Source: the human T2T-CHM13v2.0 reference genome, Homo sapiens
NCBI RefSeq assembly: GCF_009914755.1
Contig: NC_060931.1
Length of the DNA: 64,000 bases
Strand: one strand, 5' to 3'
The first letter of the stretch is position 1. Every line of letters begins with the position of its first letter. The position numbers and the translations under genes were made by a program. Below are positions 43,026 through 55,459 of this stretch, piece after piece. The notes under the pieces are model-generated. The model searched no databases. It worked only from the letters and a program-made list of their open reading frames with translations, and was not told the DNA's origin.

Positions 43026-44186
43026 ATATGCGCTGTAAAAATATCGTATGCATTTGGAGAGAGAGATTGTAGACTGATTAGTCCATTATATATTAAAAAA
43101 TAATTTATTAATGAAATCCCTTTCCCCCAATTTTTCCTCTCAGAATGTTTTTAATGTTAATTACTCTTAATTTGTACTTCACTAAGTTTATAAGTTCTTC
43201 TCAGATTTAAGACTTTTTGAGACACACACAGACATACACCCTGCAAGTGTAATTTTGGTAAAAGAATCACTGATACTGAAGCACAGGGTTTCAAACATAT
43301 ATTTTCAAAACCTCCATCATCTTTCCAGTTTTAAAATTTCCTCCTAAGGTCTTATAATATTTATTTTATTCAAACTGGGTTAAACTTCTTAATTGTAAAG
43401 ATGTCTACATCTGTTTCTACGTAGGCTTTAATCTGATATAAAGTTTCTGATTCTCCCTCCCTATCCATCCCTCTCCAATTCTCTCTCTTTTTCTCCTTCT
43501 TTCTCCTCCCCATTATGGTTATATTAGAATTAGAATATTGCTCTCTTTTTTGCTTTTTTTTAAACTTTTTTTCTTCACTGCTTCATAAGAGCAGAGAAAG
43601 AAGATAGAATTACAGACCCATTTAATTTGCAGTTTATTAATGGCTTCCCTTACAGATGTAGGTGACAGAAAATTTGGAGGAGTTTGAGAATAACATATAT
43701 GGATAAAAATGCACTATTTGACCATCATGCTCATAAGATTCTTATGCTTATAGAGAATAGATTATTCGGTTTAATTGCTTATACCACTGTCCACTCCAAG
43801 GGAGCTCTATTTGGGCAGTGGCTGGGAACTATTCACACCAGTGATTAGTTTACCACTTGTGTTCCTTCAGGTCAGAACCAAATTGCTATCTACCAACTGT
43901 CAAGGGAAAATGTGCCAGAATAGGTAGGTTTTCCATTTCTCCACCTGGCTGGCTTACCAGTTGGATGAGTAAAGGATAAATAGTGAAGACCATTCAGAGG
44001 GGATTAGAGGATAGAAGAGATGACACTTGTGAAACGGCATTGCACCTCTTAGCACACAGATGGGGTATATGTATTTAGGTTTTGGCATTATTTCTCCCTG
44101 TTCAAACCTGCTGTTGTATCTGGGAAGGGTTATTTATCCAATGCTTTGTACTTTAAATTTCCACTAGTGTCTCTGAAATTTATTAA

Positions 44187-44360
44187 TGGTGGATCTCTTC
44201 CTTGACTGTGCATTACAATCATTGGGAAGCTTTTACAATATAATGCCTGAGTCCCAATAAAGATAAATTGTATCTCTGGGGTAAGGATCTAGATATTGGA
44301 ATATTCTTTGAAAGCCTTCCCAAAGTGACTCTAATATACAGTCAATATTGAGTCCTGCAG
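44187..44360. mobile_element. MER5A-type hAT transposon
   Basis: TGCATTACAATCATTGGGAAGCTTTTA...ATCTCTGGGG...TCCCAAAGTGACTCTAATATACAGTC. Confidence 0.65.
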
Positions 44361-44569
44361 TTATGATATGGGAATAATCTAAGTTTACTTTGCGTATATG
44401 AAGAAAATAATTATCTCTCTGATGATATCCAGTTACTATATGAAGACTAAGAATATACCAAAGGAGGATCAAGATGATTGCCAGTTACAGAGAACTCAAG
44501 CAAGTTGGATAGCTGGAAACTGCAATGGCATTAATCAGTTGATTTATCATGCTTGCATGCAAATAGGCA

Positions 44570-45315
44570 TTGATTCATTCAATACAGATTTGTTAATGGT
44601 CACAGTTTACAGTACTTGACATGGGTGAATAAAAGAGGAATAGATACAATACTCTTGACTTTAATATCACATTCAAGTAATGAACATAGATATGTAAACA
44701 ATTACAGAATCTACTTAATGATATAATTATGTCTAAAATATATAAGCAGCACAGAAAAGGAGTGATTAATTCTGTCTTCAGGGAAAGGAAGAGGAGAAAA
44801 GAAGCTTCTTTTAGGTGGTAGTGGTTATGCTGAGTTTTGAAAATGAATATTAATTTCTAGGCATTCCAGTGAATGTGGCCGGAAAGATCATTTCGGGAAG
44901 AGGGGGCAGCATGTGAAAGGGCACAGATCATGATATATTTAGGGATCTAAATTATTTTTTTGCCATTGCAGAACCAAGAGTTATTGAAGTGGTGGGCGAT
45001 GGATAGATAAATTATATAAGGCCTAACATTCTATATTAAAGAATTTGAACTTTATAGAAAATAAAGAATCAGTAAAAATCTTAACTCCAGGTGAGAGACA
45101 TGATGGGACTTACAAAATGCTGGCAGTTTTGATATATTTTGAGAAGGAGTGAGATAAGAAGTGGTGAAAAGTAGTTAGAAAGCTGTTTCAACAGTCTGAC
45201 TAAAAGTCGATGAGGTTTTGAATAATGCAGATTTTCAAAGTAAAAATAATTTTTTATAAGAATCACTCAAGATTTGGATATAAGAGATGAAAGAAAGAAA
45301 CCTAAGGTGAGTCAG
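44570..45315 (-). mobile_element. L2 fragment (appears to resume at about 55660-55930)
   Basis: TTCATTCAATACAGATTTG...GAATTTGAACTTTAT...GATTTGGATATAAGAGATGAAAG; further L2-like sequence follows the L1 block. Confidence 0.7.
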
Positions 45316-45316
45316 T

Positions 45317-45620
45317 CTTCTCTCCCCTTCCTCCCTTCCTTTCTTTCTCCCTTCCTTCCTTCCTTTCTTCCTTCCTTCCTCTCTCTTTTCTTTTTCTCTT
45401 TCTTTTCTTTCTTTCTCTTTCTTTTTCTTTTTCTTTCTTTCTTTCTGTCTTCCTTTCTCTCTTTCTTTCTTTCCTTCCTTCCTTTCTTCCTTCCTTTTCG
45501 TTCTTTCTCTTTCTTTCCTTTCCTTTCCTCTTTCCTTTCTCCTTTCCTTTCCTTTCCCTCTTTCTCTCCCTGTCTCTCTTTCTCTTTCTCTGTCCCTCTT
45601 TCTCTTTCTTTCTTTTTCTC
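45317..45620. repeat. About 300-bp polypyrimidine/polypurine low-complexity tract (CTTT/CCTT/CT units)
   Basis: Almost exclusively C/T on the + strand; abuts the 3' end of the minus-strand L1MA. Confidence 0.97.
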
Positions 45621-46214
45621 AATTATAGTAGGAACACTTAACATGAAATCTACCCTCAACAAATTTTACAGTTTAAAATTGGTATTGTTAATTATAGGCA
45701 TAGTCTTGTACAGCAGATCTCTAGAATTTATTAATCTTATACAACTGAAAGTTTATACTAGTTGAACAGCAACTGCCTGTTTCTCCCTCCTTTCAGCCCT
45801 GGAAACCACCATTCTACTCTGTATTTTTCCATGTTTGTGACTATTTTATATACCTCATTTAAGTGGAATTATGCAATATTTGTCCTGCTGTGATTGGCTT
45901 ATTTCACTTAGCATATTAATGTCCTCCAGGTTCATTAATATTGTCATGTGTGGCAGAGTTTCTCTTTTTATTTTATTCATTTATTTTTTATTATACTTTA
46001 AGCTCTGAGATACATGTGCAGAATGTGCAGGCTTGTTACATAAGGATACATGTGCCATGGTGGTTTGCTGCACCCATCAACCTGTCATCTACATTAGGTA
46101 TTTCTCCTAATGCTATCCCTCCCCTCGCTCCCCACCCCGCAACAGGCCCCAGCGTGTGATGTTCCCCTCCCTGTGTCCGATGTTCCCCTCCCTGTGTCCA
46201 TGTGTTCTCATTGT

Positions 46215-49200
46215 TCAACTCCCACTTTTGAGTGAGAACATGCAGTGTTTGGTTTTCTGTTCCTGTGTTAGTTTGATGAGAATGATGGTTTCCAGCTTCA
46301 TCCTGCAAAGGACATGAACTCATTCTTTTTTAAGGCTGCATAGTATTCCATGGTGTATATGTGCCACATTGTCTTTATCCAGTCTATCATTGATGGACAT
46401 TTGGGTTGGTTCCAAATCTTTGCTATTGTGAATAATGCCGCAATAAATATACATGTGCATGTGACTTTATAGTAGAATGATTTATAATCCTTTGGGTGTA
46501 TACCCAGTGATGGGATTGCTGGGTCAAATGGTATTTCTAGTTCTAGGTCCTTGAGGAATTGCCACACTGTTTTCCACAATGGTTGAACTAATTTACACTC
46601 CCACCAACAGTGTAAAAGTGTTTCTGTTTCTCCACATCCTCACCGGCATCTGTTGTTTCCTGACTTTTTAATGATCGACATTCTAACTGGTGGGATATGA
46701 TATCTCATTGTGGTTTTGATTTGCATTTCTCTAATGACCAGTGATGATGAGCTTTTTTTCATATGTTTGTTGGCTGCATAAATGTCTTCTTTTGAGAAAT
46801 GTCTGTTCATATCCTTTGCCCACTTTTTTATGGTTTTATATTTTTTTTTTGGTAAATTTGTTTAAGTTTCTTGTAGATTCTGGATATTAGCCCTTTGTCA
46901 GATGGATAGATTGCACAGTTTTTCTTCTATTCTGTAGGTTGCCTGTTCACTCTGATGATAGTTTCTTTTGCTGTGCAGAAGCTCTTTGGTTTGATTAGAT
47001 CTCGTTTGTGAATTTTGGCTTTTGTTGCAAGTATTTTTGATGTTTTAGTCATGAAGTCTGTGCCCATGCCTGTGTTCTGAATGGTATTGCCTAGGTTTTC
47101 TTCTAGGGTTTTCATAGTTTTAGGTCTTACGTTTAAGTCCTTAATCCATTTTGAGTTAATTTTTTTATAAGGTATAAGGAAGGGGTCTAGTTTCAGTTTA
47201 ATGCATATGGCTAGCCAGTTTTCCCAACACCATTTATTAAATAGGGAATCGTTTCCCCATTGCTTGTTTTTCTCAGATTTGTCAAAAATCAGATGGTTGT
47301 AGAGTGTGGTGTTGTTTCTGAGGCCTCTGTTCTGTTTCGGTACCAGTACTATGCTGTTTTGGTTACTGTAGCCTTGTAGTATAGTTTGAAGTCAGGTATC
47401 ATGATGCCTCCAGCTTTGTTCTTTTTGCTTAGAGGCTATACAGACTCTTTTTTGGTTCCATGTGAAATTTTAGGTAGTTTTTTCTAATTATGTGATGAAA
47501 GTCAATGGTTGCTTAATGAGAATATCATTGAATCTATAAATTACTTTGGGCAGTGTGGCCATTTTTCATGATATTGATTCTTCCTATCCGTGAGCATGGA
47601 ATGTTTTTCCATTTGTGTCCTCTCTTATTTCCTTGTGTAGTCGTTTATAGTTTTCCTTTAAGAGGTCCTTCACATCCCATGTAAGTTGTATTCCTAAGTA
47701 TTTTATTCTCTTTGCAGCAATTGTGAATGGGAGTTCACTCCTGATTTGGCTGTTTGTCTGTTATTGGTGTATAGGAATGCTTGTGATTTTTGCACACTGA
47801 TTTTGTATCCTGAGACTTTGCTGAAGTTGTTTATCAGCTTAAGGAGTTTTTGGGCTGAGATGATGGGGTTGTCGAAATGTACAATTATGTCTTATGCAAA
47901 CAGGGATGATTTGACTTCTTCTCTTCCTGTTTGAATACCCTTTATTTCCTTCTCTTGCCTGATTGCCCTGGCCAGAACTTGCAATACTATGTTGAATAGG
48001 AGTGGTGAGAGAGGGCACCCTTGCGTAATGCTGGTTTTCAAAGGGAATGCTTCCAGCTTTTGCCCATTCAGTATGATATTGGCTGTGGGTTTGTCATAAA
48101 TAACTTTTATTATTTTGAGATACATTCCATCAATACCTAGTTTATTGTAATATTTTTAGCATGAAGGGGTGTTGATTTTTATCAAAGGCCTTTTCTGCAT
48201 CTATTGAGATAATCATGTGGTTTTTGCCATTGGTTCTGTTTATGTGATGGATTCTGTTTGTTAACCTGAGTATGCTGAACCAGACTTTCATTCCAGGGAT
48301 GAAGCCCACTTGATCATGGTGGATAAACTTTCTGATGTGCTGCTGGATTTGCTTTGCCAGTATTTTATTGAGGATTTTTGCATCAATGTTCATCAGGGAT
48401 ATTGGCCTGAAATTTTCTTTTCTTGTGTCTCTGCCAGGTTTTGGTATGAGGATGATGCTGGCCTCATAAAATGAGTTAGGGAGGAGTTCCTCTTTTTCTA
48501 CTATTTGGATTAGTTTCAGAAGGAATGGTACCAGCTCCTCTTTGTACCTCTGGTAGAATTCGGCTGTGAATCCTTCTGGTCCTGGGCTTGTTTTTGTTGG
48601 TAGACTATTAATTACTGCCTCAATTTCGGAACTTGTTATTGGTCTATTTAGGGATTTGACTTTTTCCTGGTTTAGTTTTGGGAGGGTATATGTATCCAAG
48701 AATTTATCCATTTCTTCTAGATTTTCTAGTTTATTTGTGTAGAGGTGTTTATAGTATTCTCTGATGGTAGTTTGTCCACGGGATCGGTGGTGATATCCCC
48801 TTTATCATTCTTTTATTGTGTCTATTTGATTCTTTTCTCTTTTCTTCTTTATTAGTATCTTCTTTATTGGTATCTATTTTGTTAATCTTTTCAAAAAACC
48901 AGCTCCTGGATTCATTCCTTATTTGAAGGGTTTTTTGTGTCTCTATCTCCTTCATTTCTGCTCTGATCTTAGTTATTTCTTGTCTTCTGCTAGCTTTTGA
49001 ACTTGTTTGTGCTTGCTTCCCTAGTTCTTGTAATTGTGATGTTAGGGTGTTGATTAGATCTTTCCTGCTTTCTCCTGTGGGCATTTAGTGCTATAAATTT
49101 CCCTCTATACACTGCTTTAGCTGAGTCCTAGAGATTCTGGTACATTGTGTCTTTGTTCTCACTGGTTTCAAAGAACTTATTTATTTCTGCCTTAATTTTG

Positions 49201-49996
49201 TTATTTACCCAGTAGTCATTCAGGAGTAGGTTGTTCAGTTTCCATGTGATTGTGTGGTTTTGAGTGAGTTTCTTAATCCTGAGTTCTAATTTGATTGCAC
49301 TGTGGTCTGAGAGTCTGTTTGTTATTATTTCCATTCTTTTGCATTTGCTGAGGAGTGTTTTACTTCCAATTGTGTGGTCAATTTTACATTAAAAGTGCTA
49401 TGTGGTGCTGAGAAGAAAATATATTCTGTTGATTTGGGGTGTAGAGTTCTATAGATGTCTATTAGGTCCACTTGGTCCAGAGTTTAGTTCAAGTCCTGAA
49501 TGTCCTTGTTAATTTTCTGTCTCGTTGATGTAATATTAACAGTGGGGTGTTATATTCTCCCACTATTATTTGTGGGAGTGTAAGCCTCTTTGTAGGTCTC
49601 TAAGAACTTGATTTATGAATCTGGGTGCTCCTATATAGGATGCATATATATTTAGGATAGTTAACTTTTAGTGTTGTATTGATCCCTTTACCAGTATGTA
49701 ATGCCCTTCTTTGTCTTTTTTGATCTTTGTTGGTTTAAAGTCTGTTTTATCAGAGACTAGGTTTTCAACCCCTGCTTTTTTTTTTTTTTTTTGCTTTCCA
49801 TTTGCTTGGTAAATATTCCTCCATCCCTTTATTTTGAGCCTATGTGTGTCTTTACACGTAAGATGGGTCTCCTGAATACAGCACACTGATGGGTCTTTAC
49901 TCTTTATCCAGTTTACCAGTCTGTGTCTTTTAATTGGGCATTTAGCCCATTTACATTTAAGGTTAATATTGTTATGTGTGAATTTGATCCTGTCAT
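46215..49996 (-). pseudogene. Disrupted L1 ORF2 (endonuclease/reverse transcriptase)
   Basis: ATGACAGGATCAAATTC start at 49996. Fragments include CCIQETHL (endonuclease), [24 protein letters not shown] and [10 protein letters not shown]; a stop interrupts the SLFADD motif; multiple frameshifts. Confidence 0.93.
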
Positions 49997-50059
49997 TATG
50001 ATGATAGCTGGTTATTTTGCCCGTTAGTTGATGCAGTTTCTTCATAGTGTTGATGGTCT

Positions 50060-51071
50060 TTACAATTTGGTATGTTTTTGCAGTGGCTGGTACCTATTGT
50101 TCCCTTCCATGTTTACTGCTTCCTTCAGGAGCTCTTGTAAGGCATACCTGGTGGCAACAAAATCTCTCAGCACTTGCTTGTCTGTAAAGGATTTTATTCT
50201 CCTTTGCTTATGAAACTTAGTTTGGCTGGATATGAAGTTCTGGGTAGAAAATTCTTTTATTTAAGAATGTTGAATGTTGGCCCCTATTCTCTTCTGGCTT
50301 GTAGGGTTTCTGCAGAGAGATCTGCTGTTAGTCTGATGGGCTTCCCTTTGTGGGTAACGTGACCTTTCTCTCTGGCTGCCCTTCACATTGTTCCTTCATT
50401 TCAGCCTTGGTGAATCTGACGATTATGTGTCTTGGGGTTGCTTTCCTTGAGGAGTTTCTTTGTGGTGTTCTCTATTTCCTGAATTTGAATGTTGGCCTGT
50501 CTTGCTAGGTTGGGGAAGTTCTTCCTGAAGTGTGTTTTCCAACTTGGTTTTATTCTCCCTGTCACTTTCAGGTCACCAATCAAACGTAGGTTTGGTCTTT
50601 TCACATAGTCCCATATTTCTTGGAGGCTTTGTTTGTTCCTTTTCATTGTTTTTTCCTCTAATCTTGTCTTCATGCTTTATTTCATTATGTTGATCTTCAG
50701 TCTCTGATATCCTTTCTTCCACTTGATCAATTAGGCTATTGATACTCTTGTATGCCTCACAAAGTTCTCGTGCTGTGTTTTTCAGCTCCATCAGGTCATT
50801 TGTGTTCTTCTCTAAACTGGTTATTCAAGTTAACCGTTCCTGTAACCTTTTATCAAGGTTCTTAGCTTCCCTGCATTGGGTTAGAATATGCTCCTTTAGC
50901 TTGGAGGAGTTTGTTATTACCCAGTGGCTTCTGAAGCCTACTTCTGTCAGTTCGTCAAAGTCATTCTCCATCCTGTTTTGTTCCCTTGCTGGTGAGGAAC
51001 TGTGACTTTGGAGAAGAAGTAGCATTCTGATCTTTGGAATTTTCAGCATTTTTGCGCTGGTTTTTCCTCAT
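50060..51071 (-). pseudogene. Disrupted L1 ORF1 (RNA-binding p40)
   Basis: ATGAGGAAAAACCAGCGC start at 51071 and TAA at 50060. Fragments MENDFDELTEVGFR, MELKNTARELCEAY and SLQEIWDYVKRPNLRLIG are split across separate short ORFs. Confidence 0.92.
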
Positions 51072-51210
51072 CTTCGTGGATTTATCTACCTTTGGTCTTT
51101 GACGTTGGTGACCTTTGGTTGGGGTTTTTGCCTGGGCATCCTTTTTGTTGATGTTGATGTTATTGCTTTCTGTTTGTTAGTTTTCCTTCTAATATTCAGG
51201 CCCCTCTTCT

Positions 51211-51449
51211 TTTTTTTTTTTTTTTTTTTTTGTTTTTTTGAGATGGAGTGTCACTCTGTCGCCCAGATTGGAGTGCGGTGGCCCAATCTCAGCTCACTGC
51301 AAGCTCTGCCTCCCAGGTTGAGGCCATTCTCCTGCCTCAGCCTCCCAACCAGCTGGGACTACAGGCACCCACCACCATGCCTGGCTAATTTTTTATATTT
51401 TTAGTAGAGACGAGGTTTCACTGAGTTAGTCAGGATGGTCTCGATCTCC
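51211..51449 (-). mobile_element. 5'-truncated AluY inserted in the L1 5'UTR
   Basis: AluY motifs; the 5' end stops at GGAGATCGAGACC. TSD ATTCAGGCCCCTCTTCT (51194-51210) / AGTCAGGCCTCTCTTCT (51450-51466). Confidence 0.92.
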
Positions 51450-52654
51450 AGTCAGGCCTCTCTTCTGCAGGTCTGCTAGAGTTTGCTGGAGGTCCACTCC
51501 AGACCCTGTTTGCCCAGGTATTACCATTGGAGGCTGCACAACAGCAAAGATTGTTGCCTGCTCCTTCCTTTGGAAGCTTCGTCCCAGAGGGGGACCCACC
51601 AGATGCCGGCCAGAACTCTCCTGTATGAGGTGTCTGTTGACCCCTGCTGGGAGGTGTCTCCCAGTCAGGAGGCATGGGGATCAGGGATCCATTTGAGGAG
51701 GCAGTCTGTCCCTTAGGAGAGCTCGAGTGCTGTGCTAGGAGATCCATTGCTCTCTTCAGAGTCGGCAAGCAGGAATGTTTAAATCTGCTGAAGCTGCACC
51801 CACAGCCACCCTTTCCCCCAGGTGCTCTGTCCCAGATAGATGGCAGTTTTATCAATAAGCCCCTTACTGAGGCTGCTGCCTTTCTTTCAGAGATGCCTTT
51901 GCCCAGAGAGGAAGAATCTAGAGAGGCAGTCTGGCTACAGTGACTTTGCCGCACTGTAGTGGGTTCAGCCCAATTCGAACTTCCTGGTGGCTTTGTTTAC
52001 AAGGTGAGGGGAAAACCATCTACTCAAGCCTCAGTAATGGCAGACGCCACTCCCCGCACCAAGCTCCAGCCTCCTAGTTTGACTTCAGACTGCTGTACTG
52101 GCAGCGAGAATTTCCAGCCGGTGCATCTTAGCTTGCTGGGCTCCATGGATTGGGACCTGCTGAGCAAGACCCCTTGGCTCCCTGGCTTCAGCCCCCTTTC
52201 CAGGGGAGTGAATGGTTCCGTCTCACTGGTGTTCCAGGTGCCACTTGGGTATGAAAAAGAAAAACTCCTGCAGCTAGCTCTGTGTCTTCCCAAATGGTCG
52301 CCCAGTTTTGTGTTTGAAACCCAGGGCCATGGTGGTGTAGGCACCCGAGGGAGTCTCCTGGTCTGTGTGTTGTGAAGACTGTGGGAAAAGCATAGTATCT
52401 GGGCCAGATAGTATCATACCTCATGGCACAGTCCCTTATGGCTTCCCTTGGCTAAGGGAGGGAGTTCCCCAACCCATTGCACTTCCTGGGTGAGGCAACA
52501 CCCCACCCTGCTTCTGCTCACCCTCTGTGGGCTGCACCCACTGTCTAACCAGTCCCAGTGAGATAAGCTGGGTACCTCAGTTGGAAATGCAGAAATCACC
52601 CACCTTCTGCATTGGTCTCGCTGGGAGCTGCAGAATGGAGCTGTTTCTATTCAG

Positions 52655-52663
52655 CCATCTTGT
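52655..52663 (-). promoter_or_regulatory. YY1 site of the L1 5'UTR internal promoter
   Basis: Plus-strand GCCATCTTG(T) equals CAAGATGGC near the L1 5' terminus, the known L1 YY1 motif position. Confidence 0.7.
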
Positions 52664-54488
52664 CAGCTGCCCCAGAATTTCTCTTTTTAAAGGCTGAATA
52701 ATATTCCATTGCATGCATAAACCACATTTTCTTTATCTATTCATGCATTGATCAACATTTAAGTTGCTTCCATATCTTGGTTATTGTGGACAATGCAGTG
52801 AACATGGGAGTGTAGCTATCTCTTTGAGATACTGATTTCAATTCTTTTGGATATACACATGGAACTGTGATTGCTGGATTATACAGTAGTTCTACTTTTA
52901 ATTATTTGAGGAACTTCCGTACTATTTTTCAGAGTTGCTGAACCGTGTTACATCTCCACCAGTAGTGTAGAAGGGTCTCAATTTCTTCACATCCTCAGCA
53001 ACACTTGTTGTGTTTTGCTTTTCTAAGTAATAGCAATCCCAGTATCCTAATGAGATGATAACTTATTGTGGCTTTAATTTGCATTTACCTGATAATTAGT
53101 GATGTCGAGAACCTATTTAGAAAAATGTCTATTTGTGTCATTTACCCACTTTTTAATCAGGTTATTTGTTTTTTATATTTGCTATTGAGTTGTAAGAATT
53201 TCTTATATTAACCATTCATCAGATGTGGTTTGCAAATATTTTCTCCATTCCATAGGTTACCTTTTCACTCTATTGACTGTTTCCTTTGCTGTGCAGAAGC
53301 ATTTTAGTTTGATGCTGTCTCACTTGTTAATTTTTGCTTTTGTATAAAGCTTGTGCTTTTGGTGTCATATCTAAGAAATTATTGCCAACTTCAATGTCAG
53401 GAGTTTTTTTCCCTAGGTTTTATTCTAGGAATTTTACAGTTGCACATCTTACATTTAAATCTTTAATCCATTTTGAGTTGATTATGTGTATGGTGTAACA
53501 GAAGCCTTCAGTTTCATTCTTTTGCATGTGAATATCCAGTTTTCCAACATTTTTTAATGGAGGAGACTCTCCTTTCCTCATTGTGTACTGTTAACACCAT
53601 CATAGATTAGTTGACTATATATGACTGGGTTTGTTTCTGGGCCATTCTGTTCAATTGGTCTATGTGTCTGTTTTATGTCAGTACCATATAATTTTGATTA
53701 ATGCAGACTTGTAATATTCCAAAATGTGGAAGTGTGACACCTTCAGCTTTGTTCTTGCTCAAATTTACTTTGTTATTTGGGAGTTTTTGTGGTTCCATAT
53801 TAATTCTAAGATTGTTTTTTCTATTTCTGTAAAAACTACTATTGAGATTTCTGATAGGGATTTCATCACATCTGGAGACTGCTTTGGGTAGTATGGATAT
53901 TTTAATAATATAAATTCTTCCCATCCGTGGATACAGGTTACCTTCTCATTTATTTGTGTCTTATGTTAATTTCTTTTATCAATGTTTTATAGTTTTCAGT
54001 ATGTACGTCTTATTACCACCTTGGTTAAGTTTATTGGTTAAGTATTTTATTCTTTAGATGCTATTGTAAATGGGACTGTTTTCCTAATTTCCTTTCCAGA
54101 TAGTTCATTGTTAGTGTCTAGAAATACAACTAGTTTTTATATGTTGGTTTGCATCCTGCAACTCTGCAACTTTACTGAACATTTTCTAGTTCTAACAGTT
54201 TTTTTTTTTTTGATGTGATCTTTAGGGTTTTCTACATGTAAAATCATGACATCTGCAAACAAAGGTAATTTTACCCCTTCCTTTTCTATTTCTTTCTTTC
54301 TTTCTTTTATTATTATTATTATTATTGCCTAATTATCCTGGCTAGGACTTTCAGTACTGTGTTAACTGGATGTGGCAAGAGTGGGCATCCATTTATTGTT
54401 TGTGATCTTAGAGAAAAAGCTTTCAATTTTTCACCATTGAGTAGTGGTGGCCTTTGATTATGTTGAGGTAAATTTTTTCTATACCTAG

Positions 54489-54900
<412 letters not shown>

Positions 54901-55389
54901 TGATTTTTATCCTTCATTCTGTTAATGTAGTGCATCACATTAATTGCATTGGTTGTGTTGAGCCATCCTTGCATCCCAGGGGTAAATCCCATTTGACCAT
55001 GGTATATGATCTTTATAGTGTGCTGTTGAATTTTCTTTGCTTGCATTTTACCGAAGATTTTTGCATCTGTGTTCATCATGAACTGTAGTTTCCTTTTCTT
55101 GTAGTGTCTTCATCTGGTTTTGGTATCAGTATAATGCTGGCCTTGTAAAATGGGCTTGGAATTGTTTCCTCCTCTTCAGTTTTTAGAAAGAGTTTAAGAA
55201 ACATTGGTGTTAATTCTTCTTTAAGTGTTTGGTAGAATTCACCAGTGCAGCCATCTAGTACTGGGCTTTTGTGTTTGGAGGTTTTGATTACTAATTCAAT
55301 CTCATTATTTGTTATTGGTTTATTCAGATTTTCTATTTCTTCATGATTCAGTCTTGATAGGTTGCTTATTTCTAGGAATTCATCCATAC

Positions 55390-55459
55390 CACAATATCTG
55401 ATTTAGAGACATATCATTGTTCATCACAATATCTGATTTAGAGACATATCATTGTTCAT
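55390..55459. repeat. Perfect 35-bp tandem duplication
   Basis: CACAATATCTGATTTAGAGACATATCATTGTTCAT twice, with no mismatch. Confidence 0.97.

Larger units (their letters stand above)
45971..52672 (-). mobile_element. Full-length, inactivated L1PA7/L1PA8-like LINE-1
   Basis: 5' end (minus strand) GGGCAGCTGACAAGATGGCTGAATAG, then 5'UTR, ORF1, 63-nt spacer, ORF2, 3'UTR and A-rich tail. 17-bp TSD CAGAGTTTCTCTTTTTA (45954-45970) / CAGAATTTCTCTTTTTA (52673-52689). Confidence 0.95.

Noticed and set aside
45274-45765. 163-aa F/S/L-rich ORF and antisense K/E/R-rich ORFs
   Set aside because: Products of the stop-poor CT-rich simple repeat, with no coding signature.
46215-51071. L1 as an active retrotransposon or novel reverse-transcriptase system
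   Set aside because: Both ORFs have many frameshifts and stops, including at the RT catalytic motif; an ordinary dead L1PA copy.
51430-52599. Several overlapping ORFs up to 174 aa
   Set aside because: They lie in the GC-rich L1 5'UTR where stops are rare; no recognisable protein.
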